NCBI GenBank assembly: GCA_964518565.1
Contig: CAZFGX010000001.1
Location: forward strand, 588,470 to 652,469
From: an uncultured Gammaproteobacteria bacterium
GTDB taxonomy: Bacteria > Patescibacteriota > Microgenomatia > CAZETR01 > Amesbacteraceae
DNA: 64,000 nt
Direction of reading: 5' to 3'
Part shown: in pieces, positions 8,965 through 19,106 of the stretch
Numbering within the stretch: the stretch's first letter is position 1
Layout of the letters: the number at the start of each line of letters is the position of its first letter
The notes under the pieces: model-generated
What the model saw: only the letters and a program-made list of their open reading frames with translations
What the model was told of the DNA's origin: nothing
Database searches by the model: none
Made by a program: the position numbers and the translations under genes

Positions 8965-11373
8965 ATGACCCATGTTTGGTGGCATTATCACGTTGGGCTG
9001 ATCTATTACAAAAAATGGTGGCGCAAGCTATATCAAGCAATAAACCACTACTTCTCATTTGGCGACCTAATAAAAAATTTATTCTCACCCTGGAAAAGAA
9101 TTTCTTCTAGCTCAGGTAGTCACGCAAGTGTGAGCAAGCGCTGGGAAGCGTTCACCTTTAACAGTGTATCCAGATTTATGGGTGGATCTGTGAGAATAGT
9201 CCTATTTATAGCTGGAATATTTGCCTATGTATTTGCGACAGGTCTTGCCACATTAGGCTTTTTGCTTTGGTTAGTATACCCACCAATAAGTAGATCTATG
9301 CACACCCGGTACAAATTATTATTCCTACCCCAAGATTTATCCAAAAGTGGTTCAATCCCCATGGAAAAATTGTTTGACAATCCCGCTGGTCATTTTTTTC
9401 TTACCCATCTAGGAATTTCATCTGCAGATTTACTAGACGCAGCAACAAACAATGCCATTCAAACAAAACCAAACACTTCATCTTTTACAGACCTTATCTC
9501 TACCGCATTAGAACAAAATATATGGACTCCAGATTTTCTACGCAATCGTCAATTAACGGCAGACGACTTTAGAGCTACGGCATCATGGTGGGATTATCAA
9601 GCTATACAAAAATACCAAGTTATTCCCCAGACAGACTTTGGGCCAAGTTTTGGCTCCACTCTCACCTTTGGCTATACACCAAATCTAGACAAATACGCTT
9701 CAGATTTACGCCGTACCAAACTCACCTCAGCCGATATTCCTCGTCCAGATACCATAAATCGTTTAGAAAGAAGTGTCGTTGCAGGCAAAAGCGTCATTCT
9801 GGTCGGGCCACCTGGAGTAGGAAAAAAAGCTGCGATATTAGCAGTAGTCAAAAATATGGCTAATAATAGGCATTTTTTAGAGGTGGGCTTAAATGAAATC
9901 CTTTCAGAGTCGATCTACGATATTAACGGCAAAAAAGCCTTATTGACCAAAACACTCAAAGAAGCCAATAGTGCTGGCAATGTAACCATAATCATTCGAG
10001 ATATTCATCGATTCGTCAGCAGCAATGTCGACGGGTTTGATTTTTCTGATGTGATCGAAACTCAAATCGAAAAAGGTTTACAGATCATCGCCTTATCTAC
10101 AAATTCTGATTATGAAAAATATCTCTCGCCAAATTTAAAAATTCGCAAGCTATTTGAATCTATCGAAATTACCCCACCGAACCTTTCCGAGACACTCGAT
10201 ATTCTTATTGCTCGAGCACAAGAGTGGGAAAGCAAAAAACACCTTACTATTTTGACCCCTGCGTTAAGAAAAACTGTCACTCTCGCAGATAAATATTTGA
10301 CCGATCTCCCCTTTCCAACCAAAGCTGTTGAATTACTGGATGCGGCCATTGCGTATAAAACACAACAGCGCGGCTCCACAATCACTCCAACAGATATTGG
10401 ACACATACTGTCAGAAAAAACCGGTATTCCAATGACCAATCTATCCGCATCAGATAAGCAAAAATTGGCTACATTAGAAGACAATATTCATGCTCGCCTG
10501 GTTGGCCAAGATTTGGCCGTCTCTCTTATTGCCCGCAGTCTCAGAGCCCGAGCCACTGGCCTTGGTGGAGAAAACAAACCCGTCGGTTCGTTTTTATTTT
10601 TAGGTCCAACTGGTGTAGGTAAAACCGAAACAGCCAAAGCACTCGCCGAAGTTTATTACGGATCAGAAAACCAAATTATGCGTTTTGATATGGCCGAATA
10701 TGCACACCAAGATGGGCTAATGCGTCTTCTAGGATCTGCCCAATACAATATTCCCGGAACACTCACTACTGCGATAAAAAATCATGCAGCTGGACTATTA
10801 CTACTAGACGAAATCGAAAAAGCTCCTCCCCAAATATTCAATCTCTTTTTGACCTTATTAGATGAAGGCTATATCACCGATGCTTTTGGTCGAAAAATAA
10901 ACGCCCAACATTTATTTATCATTGCCACTTCAAACGCCGGATCAGAAGTAATTCGCGAATTAGTCGGCCAAGGTATAGTTGGCGAAAATTTACAAAAACT
11001 CGTATTAGAACACATACTGAAAAATGGCTACTTTTCACCAGAATTCATCAATCGTTTTGATGCAGCAGTTGTATACCAACCTCTTTCAGCTACAGACTTA
11101 GTCCATATTGCCCAACTCCAACTCACATCACTCCAACACCGTATGTTAGAACAAAACATCCGTCTAGATATAGATACCTCTGCAATTCAGCATTTAGCCA
11201 CGCGCGGATATGATCCAGCATTTGGAGCTCGGCCCATGAAACGTCTAATAGACCTGAGCATTGCCGACATGCTGTCACAAGCCATATTGGCCGGCAAAAT
11301 TAATCCCGGAGACCATATAACACTTACCGGTCACAACGACTTATTTTCCTGGCAACACGTGACCCAAAAGTAA
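8965..11373 (+). CDS. Clp/Hsp100-family AAA+ ATPase with N-terminal membrane segment
   Basis: GPPGVGK and GPTGVGKTE Walker A motifs, LLLDEIEKA, PEFINRFD, GARPM; hydrophobic N-terminus; start placed 7 nt after TAAAAT. Confidence 0.88.
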   Translation: MTHVWWHYHVGLIYYKKWWRKLYQAINHYFSFGDLIKNLFSPWKRISSSSGSHASVSKRWEAFTFNSVSRFMGGSVRIVLFIAGIFAYVFATGLATLGFLLWLVYPPISRSMHTRYKLLFLPQDLSKSGSIPMEKLFDNPAGHFFLTHLGISSADLLDAATNNAIQTKPNTSSFTDLISTALEQNIWTPDFLRNRQLTADDFRATASWWDYQAIQKYQVIPQTDFGPSFGSTLTFGYTPNLDKYASDLRRTKLTSADIPRPDTINRLERSVVAGKSVILVGPPGVGKKAAILAVVKNMANNRHFLEVGLNEILSESIYDINGKKALLTKTLKEANSAGNVTIIIRDIHRFVSSNVDGFDFSDVIETQIEKGLQIIALSTNSDYEKYLSPNLKIRKLFESIEITPPNLSETLDILIARAQEWESKKHLTILTPALRKTVTLADKYLTDLPFPTKAVELLDAAIAYKTQQRGSTITPTDIGHILSEKTGIPMTNLSASDKQKLATLEDNIHARLVGQDLAVSLIARSLRARATGLGGENKPVGSFLFLGPTGVGKTETAKALAEVYYGSENQIMRFDMAEYAHQDGLMRLLGSAQYNIPGTLTTAIKNHAAGLLLLDEIEKAPPQIFNLFLTLLDEGYITDAFGRKINAQHLFIIATSNAGSEVIRELVGQGIVGENLQKLVLEHILKNGYFSPEFINRFDAAVVYQPLSATDLVHIAQLQLTSLQHRMLEQNIRLDIDTSAIQHLATRGYDPAFGARPMKRLIDLSIADMLSQAILAGKINPGDHITLTGHNDLFSWQHVTQK

Positions 11374-12084
11374 ATTTTCAAACAAACAAGCCACAGTCAC
11401 AGGTCCCACCCCACCTGGCACAGGAGTAAAAAAACTACTTTTACTATTCACCTCTGATACAAAGTCTCCCTGAGGATACCCCACATCAATACAAATTGCC
11501 CCATCCGAAACCATATCCGGCAAAATTAATCCCTCTTGCCCAGTAGCTGAAATAATCACATCAGCATCGCGTATCTCCTTTACCGAAAAATCTTCTTTAT
11601 CCATTCCGACAACAGTATGTCGTTTCCCTAATTCATTTGCCACTTTCGAACCAACCGTTCCCCAAACTCCGACCACAACAATATTTAGATCATCTGCAGA
11701 TCTTTGGGTTATCAAAACAGCTTGGTCTAAAATTTTTAAAATCGCTCTCACTGTTGCTGGCAAATAAACACTTTCCTCTTGCATCCCATCTACATCTTGA
11801 TCAGGCAAAAACTTTTCTACTATCTGATTTGAGCCCAAAAATGGCAACTGCACCATTTTTCCATCTGCAACAGCTGACAAAAAATCTAGTTCTTGCTCAT
11901 AAACATCCATTTGCACTCCTAATCGTTGGGCGACACGTTTTTTCATTGCCACATATTTGACCCCAGATTCGTTATGCGAATCCAACAAAACCGCCAATAC
12001 TTTTTTTCGAGACATTTCAGGCAATTTCAACAATTGTCCAAGTATTTCCTCAGAAAATTGCTTCCCATCAAAAATCACACCCAT
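11341..12084 (-). CDS. folD: Bifunctional methylenetetrahydrofolate dehydrogenase/cyclohydrolase (short)
   Basis: YVAMK, QLP, DVDG, ADVIISATG, IDVG, TPVPGGVGPVT. Confidence 0.9.
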   Translation of the reverse strand: MGVIFDGKQFSEEILGQLLKLPEMSRKKVLAVLLDSHNESGVKYVAMKKRVAQRLGVQMDVYEQELDFLSAVADGKMVQLPFLGSNQIVEKFLPDQDVDGMQEESVYLPATVRAILKILDQAVLITQRSADDLNIVVVGVWGTVGSKVANELGKRHTVVGMDKEDFSVKEIRDADVIISATGQEGLILPDMVSDGAICIDVGYPQGDFVSEVNSKSSFFTPVPGGVGPVTVACLFENLLLGHVLPGK

Positions 12085-12087
12085 ACA

Positions 12088-13755
12088 CTAATACGATTCA
12101 GACAGAGTAACAAACATTGAATAATTATTTTTATTGTTCACTAATTCAACTGAATTCAAATTAGCAGGAAAGGTACCAAATTCCATTCCTTTTGCAGTGT
12201 AGATCCCCACGCCAGTTGCGGAGTATTTCATATCGTTTACTGCCGGACTTTGCCCATTAGTGTTATACAACAACCAATACTGAGTTTTTTCAGATAAATT
12301 GGTGTGAATTGGCAATGTGTTCCACGAATGAGGTGTCAATACTCCCACCTGAGTCGTTGCCAACAAGTTGCCCGGCCGATTTGCAGCAGTATTTGAATAA
12401 ATAGCTAATTGAAAATTTTTATTCATGTCTGATGTATCTACTTCATCCACATATACACTAATAGATTTTGTAGTGCCGGCAGAGGTATTCATAAACCTGG
12501 AACCATTGATATATCCTGAATTTGAAGTATCAGTCAATTCGCCTACCGACGAATTTCCAATTGTATTAGCAGTTGTTTCTACTGGTAATGTAGAAAAACC
12601 CAACACTCCATTGGGCTTTGTCGAACTTTCACTAGACAAGTACATCGAAAAATTATTCCCAGTCAGCACCCCAGTACCAAAACTTGCAGGCCATCCTGAA
12701 CCAAAGGCTTGCGGCAATACACTATACACACCAATGCCATTTTTACCTGGCAAATACTTCAATGCATTGTCAGATGCAGTCTTGCCATTTGAATTGTAGA
12801 CCAACCAATAATATGTATTTGGCGACAATACAGCCGACATGGTTACTTTTTGCCACTCGGCTGCAGTATCCAATGTTTGGGTAGGACTACTAGCAATCAA
12901 CGATCCCGGCTTGCCATTTTGATCCGCAAAAATTGCCATGCCAAAGGTATTATTTGGCGCCGAGACAATGTTGGTAACTGCGACATATGCACCCAAGACC
13001 TGCATTGGCTCAGACCCAGTCTTTACGCGTAATCCATTCATATAATTTGCATTCAAGCTATCTATCATTGGCCCAATAACAAAATTTCCCACCCCATCAT
13101 CAGATACTTGTGCAGGTAACTCAGGTGAAGTAGTGGGCACAACAACGACAGTCGGAGTAACCACTACACGAGCCATACTCCGAGGTTGGTTCAATAAAAA
13201 AGAGATCGGTTCAACTTCAACTTTTAGTTTTTGTGAAACAGTATTTGTCACCTCTGAACCAGCCAAATCAATCGTCAACATAGTATTTGCGTTTACATCC
13301 ACAGTATTTGATGTGATCTGAAACGAAGCCAACTCAAATGTACCCATTGGCGCATTTGCCTTATCCTGTGCGGATACTCCCAAAACAACAGTCGCCTTAC
13401 CAGAAGAATTTGCTTCTGCCATAGTAGTTTTTTGGATGACAGTTTTTAATGCCGTTGCAGTATTGATCTCAGAAACCAAATGAATTTTTGTCTGGTCAAA
13501 TTGAATAGTAGCCCGCACCAAACCGACATTTTGACTACCAGAATCCAACACCAATCGCACATTTTGATTTGGCGGTAATCGCTGACTATCCGAAGTAAAA
13601 CGAAAATGTACTACCTGGTTTGCTGCTTGGATAGTGCCGCCTTGTTGCTGTCTTGCCAAATATACACTACCCGGAATAGCAACCACCAATCCCAACAAAA
13701 CCAACAATGGTGCCAATGAAAACCCACCTCGAAACGTATTCATGAATTTGCTCAA
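12088..13755 (-). CDS. Secreted/surface protein: cohesin-like domain plus two tandem beta-sandwich repeats
   Basis: N-terminal TM; two internal copies of AI....G.PG.L.A...W....YWL.YN.NG. Confidence 0.6.
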   Translation of the reverse strand: MSKFMNTFRGGFSLAPLLVLLGLVVAIPGSVYLARQQQGGTIQAANQVVHFRFTSDSQRLPPNQNVRLVLDSGSQNVGLVRATIQFDQTKIHLVSEINTATALKTVIQKTTMAEANSSGKATVVLGVSAQDKANAPMGTFELASFQITSNTVDVNANTMLTIDLAGSEVTNTVSQKLKVEVEPISFLLNQPRSMARVVVTPTVVVVPTTSPELPAQVSDDGVGNFVIGPMIDSLNANYMNGLRVKTGSEPMQVLGAYVAVTNIVSAPNNTFGMAIFADQNGKPGSLIASSPTQTLDTAAEWQKVTMSAVLSPNTYYWLVYNSNGKTASDNALKYLPGKNGIGVYSVLPQAFGSGWPASFGTGVLTGNNFSMYLSSESSTKPNGVLGFSTLPVETTANTIGNSSVGELTDTSNSGYINGSRFMNTSAGTTKSISVYVDEVDTSDMNKNFQLAIYSNTAANRPGNLLATTQVGVLTPHSWNTLPIHTNLSEKTQYWLLYNTNGQSPAVNDMKYSATGVGIYTAKGMEFGTFPANLNSVELVNNKNNYSMFVTLSESY

Positions 13756-13760
13756 GCTTA

Positions 13761-14957
13761 CTAAACCAGTGGGAAACTCGTCAATAGTTGTCGTACTTCA
13801 CTATTGTATCGAACATCGCTTGAAAGAGCTTGAAAAATAAATTTGGCAATTTGTTTCATCTCAGCCTCCTTCATACCCAAAGTTGTTATAGCCGGAGTAC
13901 CCAATCGAATACCAGACGGCCGAAATGGCGGATTTGGATCATGAGGGATGGCATTCGCATTGACAATAATTCCTGAAGTTTCCAATTTTGTAGCTGCAAC
14001 CTTTCCATCCATACCAAACATTTGTACATCCATAACCATCAAATGATTATCAGTTCCACCAGTCACCAATACACACCCCAAGTCAGTCAAAGACTCCGCC
14101 AATTGTTGTGCATTGTTCACGACCTGATTCATCCGTGAAACAAATACTGACGATTGCGCCAAAATCATTGTTGCCGCAATGCCAGCTACAGTTGCATTAT
14201 GTGGCCCACCCTGCAAACCAGGAAACACCGCCCGATCAATCTTTTTGGCCAGTTGTTCATCGTTAGTCAAAATGACAGCTCCCCGAGGGCCACCCAGTGT
14301 CTTATGGGTTGTACTCATAACTACGTCCGCAATTCCTACAGGCGATGGATGACGGCCCGCCACAACCAGTCCGGCAATATGTGAAATGTCTGCCACCAAA
14401 TATGCCCCCACTTCCTGGGCAATATTTTTAAAACGTTGCCAATCAATAACTCGTGGATATGCCGTCGTTCCCGCAATAATGACTTTTGGTTTTTTCTCTC
14501 GTGCCAATTTCTCCACCTCGGCAAAATCAATCCATCCATTTTCATCCACATCGTATTGCACACTGGAAAAAAATTTGCCCGAAAACGTAATATCCGGATG
14601 ACCATGAGTCAAATGTCCCCCAGCTGACAATTTCATTCCCATAATACACTCACCCGGCTCTGCCAGTGCCATCAAAATCGCCGCATTTGCCGGACTCCCC
14701 GAATACGCTTGCACATTTGCATATCTTGCTCCAAATACTTTTTTGGTCTCCTCTATCGCCAACCGTTCTATTTCATCTATTTGTTCATTTCCTTGATAGT
14801 ATCGCTTGCCCGCATACCCTTCAGAATATTTATTATTCAAAAACAACGCTTGGGCTTTTAAGACATCAGCCGACTGATAATTTTCCGAAGGAATCAACAT
14901 CAGCGTCTGCTCCTGTCGCAGTCGCTCTTTTTCAATATATTGTAATAATTGATCCAT
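13761..14957 (-). CDS. glyA: Serine hydroxymethyltransferase
   Basis: LIPSEN, NKYSEGY, GGHLTHG, STTHKTL, SGIRLGT. Confidence 0.98.
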   Translation of the reverse strand: MDQLLQYIEKERLRQEQTLMLIPSENYQSADVLKAQALFLNNKYSEGYAGKRYYQGNEQIDEIERLAIEETKKVFGARYANVQAYSGSPANAAILMALAEPGECIMGMKLSAGGHLTHGHPDITFSGKFFSSVQYDVDENGWIDFAEVEKLAREKKPKVIIAGTTAYPRVIDWQRFKNIAQEVGAYLVADISHIAGLVVAGRHPSPVGIADVVMSTTHKTLGGPRGAVILTNDEQLAKKIDRAVFPGLQGGPHNATVAGIAATMILAQSSVFVSRMNQVVNNAQQLAESLTDLGCVLVTGGTDNHLMVMDVQMFGMDGKVAATKLETSGIIVNANAIPHDPNPPFRPSGIRLGTPAITTLGMKEAEMKQIAKFIFQALSSDVRYNSEVRQLLTSFPLV

Positions 14958-14974
14958 AAATAACTATTATAAGC

Positions 14975-15011
14975 AAAAAAAATGCAGGAGGGATGAAGTC
15001 ACCCCTCCTGC
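14975..15011 (-). terminator. Intrinsic terminator of the 15-19.8 kb operon
   Basis: GCAGGAGGG/CCCTCCTGC stem followed by T8 on the minus strand. Confidence 0.85.
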
Positions 15012-15017
15012 GCTATC

Positions 15018-15296
15018 TCAAGCAACCTTCTTTATTTTTTTGATTGCTCGAGCCTTAAGTGAAGAAACGAATGGCTCATAATAAGCCATGAAACGTGGAG
15101 AATTCGTCAACTCTTTCCAACCAACAGAAAGCATTACGCTCAATGTCGCCAGTAAAAAGTAACTTATTCCCACCCGATTTTCGCCAACTCGAAATGCAAA
15201 AATACTCATGGCCATCAGACCAAGAAATACCCCAGCTTTGAGCAAGCGTTTAAAAACATCCCATGCGATTGGGCGAAGTGATGGTTTAGGCTTCAT
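15018..15296 (-). CDS. Small two-TM membrane protein
   Basis: MKPKPSLRPIAW start with GAAGGTG SD, ATGA overlap with the upstream gene. Confidence 0.65.
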   Translation of the reverse strand: MKPKPSLRPIAWDVFKRLLKAGVFLGLMAMSIFAFRVGENRVGISYFLLATLSVMLSVGWKELTNSPRFMAYYEPFVSSLKARAIKKIKKVA

Positions 15297-15712
15297 GACA
15301 TCACCTTCCAGAGTCCGAGTATCAAACCCAAGGGACCAATCACATATGCCAATGTGGCCGTATTTAGTCCTGGACCTCGCACAGACAAGACCTGTGCACT
15401 CACAGGTCGCACACGCATAAATGCCGGCACCAATGCACCAGTCAATACCAGATACACCACCGCCAACACAATCAGCACACAACCCAATCGATCTCCCAGA
15501 ACCAATCCGATCACCACCATCCCCAACGCCATCAAAACTTGGAAGTATGGGTGGAGATTTCCCAAAATCGCAATCGGCCAACTTCCTGTCGGCCGAACCA
15601 CGATCGGGTCACGCGTCAACACCATCCCCAAAACAACCGCCGCCATCAAAATCCAGCGCAAAGCACCACCTGACATTCGCAGAGAGGGTCGAACCGGAAC
15701 TGGACTAGCCAT
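15293..15712 (-). CDS. Multi-TM membrane protein
   Basis: Several hydrophobic segments; GGGAG SD; overlaps both neighbours. Confidence 0.65.
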   Translation of the reverse strand: MASPVPVRPSLRMSGGALRWILMAAVVLGMVLTRDPIVVRPTGSWPIAILGNLHPYFQVLMALGMVVIGLVLGDRLGCVLIVLAVVYLVLTGALVPAFMRVRPVSAQVLSVRGPGLNTATLAYVIGPLGLILGLWKVMS

Positions 15713-16271
15713 TTGGTTTCCTCCCTTCGCCCATTAGCCCACCACTCCGAGCGGGTAATTGTTTGACGTCTGGTTTTCGTATTTGATACTGCGGCGGCAG
15801 AGTTTGTCCCGGCGGTAATGCCGGAGGAGTATTAGAATTCGTCGAATTTGCATGAACGGCGTCTCGAGCCAATAACAAGGCTTCTTGCAAGGCCTTTGTC
15901 TGATTCGCCTGTGCAAACGCCTGTGCTTCTTGGGCTCGATATTTGCTCTGATTGTTCTTGTACCACAAAAAGCCTCCACCGCCACCGATCACAGCTACAG
16001 CCCCCACTACCAGCAAAATCCGCTGATTAGTCTCTTCAGGTGTCAATGGCCGATTCATCTCAGCCGTTTTCGCCGCCTGCATCTGACTTTGATCAGCTCG
16101 CCGATTTGCATCTGCGATTTGCTGATTTGCATTTGCCATAATCCCATTCACAACTTCTACAGGCACTTGGGGCACTGGCGTCGGCTGAGCTTCTCTGGAC
16201 CCGATAGATGCGCTCGCATCACATCCGGCCAACAAAACCAAGAAGCTGATTAGTACGATAAGTCGTCCCAT
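15705..16271 (-). CDS. Lipoprotein with coiled coil and a second TM helix
   Basis: Lipobox LLAGC; Q/A-rich helix; TM ILLVVGAVAVIGGGGGFLWY. Confidence 0.7.
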   Translation of the reverse strand: MGRLIVLISFLVLLAGCDASASIGSREAQPTPVPQVPVEVVNGIMANANQQIADANRRADQSQMQAAKTAEMNRPLTPEETNQRILLVVGAVAVIGGGGGFLWYKNNQSKYRAQEAQAFAQANQTKALQEALLLARDAVHANSTNSNTPPALPPGQTLPPQYQIRKPDVKQLPARSGGLMGEGRKPNG

Positions 16272-16272
16272 A

Positions 16273-16962
16273 TCACCACCATCCTGGTCCGATCACTCGC
16301 ATAAGACCTGCCAACAGGATGAGTCCCGCGACATACATCTCACGCATGAATGCCGGCCCGGCTTCATCAAAAGAAGGCACAAAAAACAAGCTGATCTGTA
16401 TTAGCAATCCAACAATAATTACTCCCAATGGTAAAACCACAATCTCACCACTAGAGAAAAATTCTGGTGCATACAGAATCGCACCGCCAAGTGCCATAAG
16501 CACTATTGCCAACCAATTATTGTGCCCATAGTAAATGTAATTTTTTCTATCGATTGGGTATCCATACTTTACCCATGCCCCCCAGCCCAAACCCCAAACA
16601 GCAAAAGCAAATCCACACAGGACATATTTTGCGAATACAGAATTCAGCAAAGGAGGCACTCCAAACACCCATTTACCGATAAAAAAACTTACGGCAACCC
16701 ACAACCAGCCAAACCACGATTTACGAAACAACACTTCAAACAATCGACCAAATTGGGCCATCAAGCTTTTATCAAGCACTGGTGGCACATCTGAAACTGT
16801 TTGCTGTGGCATTTGAGAAATAAACGCGGCCTCTGGTGCATGTGCAGATCGAGGCGGTGGTGTTTGTTTTGGTTGTTGTGGTGGCATTATCAACGGAATT
16901 GAACGCGTTTTTTGTCCCGTTGAATTGTTTGTTGGTCTAGTCCCTTCGCCCATTAGACGCAT
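16273..16962 (-). CDS. Polytopic membrane protein with Pro-rich N-terminus
   Basis: GGAGGT SD at 16970-16975 before ATG 16962; about 5 TM segments. Confidence 0.7.
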   Translation of the reverse strand: MRLMGEGTRPTNNSTGQKTRSIPLIMPPQQPKQTPPPRSAHAPEAAFISQMPQQTVSDVPPVLDKSLMAQFGRLFEVLFRKSWFGWLWVAVSFFIGKWVFGVPPLLNSVFAKYVLCGFAFAVWGLGWGAWVKYGYPIDRKNYIYYGHNNWLAIVLMALGGAILYAPEFFSSGEIVVLPLGVIIVGLLIQISLFFVPSFDEAGPAFMREMYVAGLILLAGLMRVIGPGWW

Positions 16963-17758
16963 TTCGAACACCTCCGTTTGCCATGCCTCCGAGTGGAGGC
17001 AATCCGGGCTGGCCAAACCCTGGAACAGAAATAACATTTGGTTTTGCTGCTTCAATAGCAGATGCCAACATTCTGCCGACTTCTATCTGTGCATAACCAT
17101 TTCTACCCAAAATCTGAACCATCTTTGCGATCGCCAATGCATTAGATTCGATTCGTGATCGCTCCACATCAGCTTCAAGACGCTCTTGTTCAGCCTTCGC
17201 AGATGCACCAACAAAATCAAACTGTCCCAAAAACAGCTCGTTCAACCGACACCCCCATTCTTGGACTGTTGGGTTCAATGCATTGATAATTGACTGTTTT
17301 AAACCCAACGTAGTCAATTGTTTTAAATCATGCAAATTTAAACTCTGAACTGTTTCAGCAGTCATAAGTGGGATGATTTGGCGCAACGCAATGTTTGGCT
17401 TACGCCCCGGAGCAAATCTCAGTTTATCAGGATCAACGATCTCCAAGATAAACGACAAACTTTGCCCTGGAGTAGTATTACTAAATTCGATATCCCACGA
17501 ATCCAGAGTAGTCGCTCGAATATTTGGGAAACCAACGATCTGAGGACCTTTTAGCTCTTCACCAATCACCATTGGCCATGCAGTCATTACCACTGGTGTA
17601 TTCACGCCACTCCAGACAATATCATCGATTAGTTTGATAAAAACAGTTCTATCGCCTCTAATCCATCTAATTCTGCCAGAATACCGCAACAACACCACAA
17701 CTATAGCAATTACCAAACATACCAATGAGCCATAATCTTGTAAAACCTGCCAGCTCAT
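16937..17758 (-). CDS. SPFH/Band-7 (stomatin/prohibitin/flotillin-like) domain protein
   Basis: N-terminal TM, TLD, LNPTVQEWGCRLNEL, AEQERLEA coiled coil. Confidence 0.7.
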   Translation of the reverse strand: MSWQVLQDYGSLVCLVIAIVVVLLRYSGRIRWIRGDRTVFIKLIDDIVWSGVNTPVVMTAWPMVIGEELKGPQIVGFPNIRATTLDSWDIEFSNTTPGQSLSFILEIVDPDKLRFAPGRKPNIALRQIIPLMTAETVQSLNLHDLKQLTTLGLKQSIINALNPTVQEWGCRLNELFLGQFDFVGASAKAEQERLEADVERSRIESNALAIAKMVQILGRNGYAQIEVGRMLASAIEAAKPNVISVPGFGQPGLPPLGGMANGGVRNASNGRRD

Positions 17759-18531
17759 CTACCACCTCCCTTTCGCTTGTTATGAAATTCTTCAAAAGGG
17801 TCAGAAATGACAACAGGCACTTCAGGAGAGGCTGCGTCTACCACTTTGGCAGGAGTAGCAGCTGCAGCTGGCTTTACAAAAGCTGCCATATTTAGCCCCG
17901 TCTGATGTAAAAGCTGCATCGCTTGCTCACTCGTTATTACACCCCTATCCAAAAGAGTGAGGATGGTATCTCGATCGACCTGTATTAGCTTTGCCGAATC
18001 GCCAACTTGTTGCATCAGTTCTCGGACTTTTTGTACCGCACCAGCCTGACCCAAAAGTGATAGATCTACCTGTTCACCACCTGGACCCTTGACCATTGCT
18101 TGTACCACAGAACTAGTCCCTGGTGGCGCACCAGCCGCCTGCAAAGCTTTGTTCACTGCTGCTTGTGTTACGGCTTGAGACATCGGCCGGCCACCAGTTT
18201 GACTTTTGGCTCGACTAACAACACCCAAGATACCCAATATCACAACCAAAACAGGTCCGATTCCTCGACCGATCAATGTCGGGCCAATCAATTGATCACC
18301 CAACACTCCGGTACTACCTCCCAAAAGCAACCAAAAAATCAAATTGAAAATGCCCCCGCCGTTACGAAAACTATTCACCAGCGAAAGAAACATTCCCAAC
18401 GTTCCGACACCTGAAAGTGTCGCAATTTTTGGTAATTCGATAGGCAAAAGCGGTTGAATCATCTCCCAGCCAAACCAACCACCCGCTACCAAAGCGAGGG
18501 TGATAATAGCCGGTAACAAAATCCCGATCAT
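17755..18531 (-). CDS. Membrane protein with C-terminal SHOCT-like helix pair
   Basis: 4 N-terminal TMs; LLDRGVITSEQA; GGAGG SD. Confidence 0.65.
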   Translation of the reverse strand: MIGILLPAIITLALVAGGWFGWEMIQPLLPIELPKIATLSGVGTLGMFLSLVNSFRNGGGIFNLIFWLLLGGSTGVLGDQLIGPTLIGRGIGPVLVVILGILGVVSRAKSQTGGRPMSQAVTQAAVNKALQAAGAPPGTSSVVQAMVKGPGGEQVDLSLLGQAGAVQKVRELMQQVGDSAKLIQVDRDTILTLLDRGVITSEQAMQLLHQTGLNMAAFVKPAAAATPAKVVDAASPEVPVVISDPFEEFHNKRKGGGR

Positions 18532-18543
18532 AATTTCCCTCCT

Positions 18544-18864
18544 TTAGGGATTTCCACCTCCGGATGGAGGCGAAATCTGATCAATTGGCACTACAGCCTG
18601 AAGTTGTTGGACAGGCGTTATCATTTGTGGTGGGTCAATTTGGACATAGTTTTCCACTGAACCTACTGCTTTTGCATGACCTTTAAAATGACCGATCGCC
18701 AATGCACCAACAATAGTCTGGTTACTCGGATCAAATCCAACGTTTGCCACCACACCTGTGCCGTCATTTACTTCGACACTGGCCTTATTCGTATGGCCAA
18801 CTCGGCCCCCACCTTCCGCACCAACAATTCGTAAAAATGCATCAAGAATTTGAGACAAGTTCAT
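18544..18864 (-). CDS. Hypothetical protein
   Basis: GGAGG SD, ATGA overlap. Confidence 0.65.
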   Translation of the reverse strand: MNLSQILDAFLRIVGAEGGGRVGHTNKASVEVNDGTGVVANVGFDPSNQTIVGALAIGHFKGHAKAVGSVENYVQIDPPQMITPVQQLQAVVPIDQISPPSGGGNP

Positions 18865-19106
18865 ACAACCTCCACAGGAAAAAATTCAGTCGATTTACAC
18901 TCAACACCTTTTAAGGTGATTCGAGACAGTTGAATCTGAATTTTGCCATCAGGCAATGTCAATGCATTGACTTGAATTCCACACTTGAGTTGAATCACTT
19001 CACTCATCGTCGTCCCATCAGAAGTTGTCGACGAAACAGTCGACGACCCACCAAAGTTGAAGTTGATAAACTTCAACAGGGTCAAAAACGAAATAAGCGT
19101 CTTCAT
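18861..19106 (-). CDS. Small hypothetical protein
   Basis: ATGA overlaps on both sides. Confidence 0.6.
   Translation of the reverse strand: MKTLISFLTLLKFINFNFGGSSTVSSTTSDGTTMSEVIQLKCGIQVNALTLPDGKIQIQLSRITLKGVECKSTEFFPVEVV

Noticed and set aside
15297-15581. N-terminal extension of ORF 15018-15581
   Set aside because: It overlaps the 15293-15712 gene in another frame; the SD and ATGA coupling support a start at 15296.
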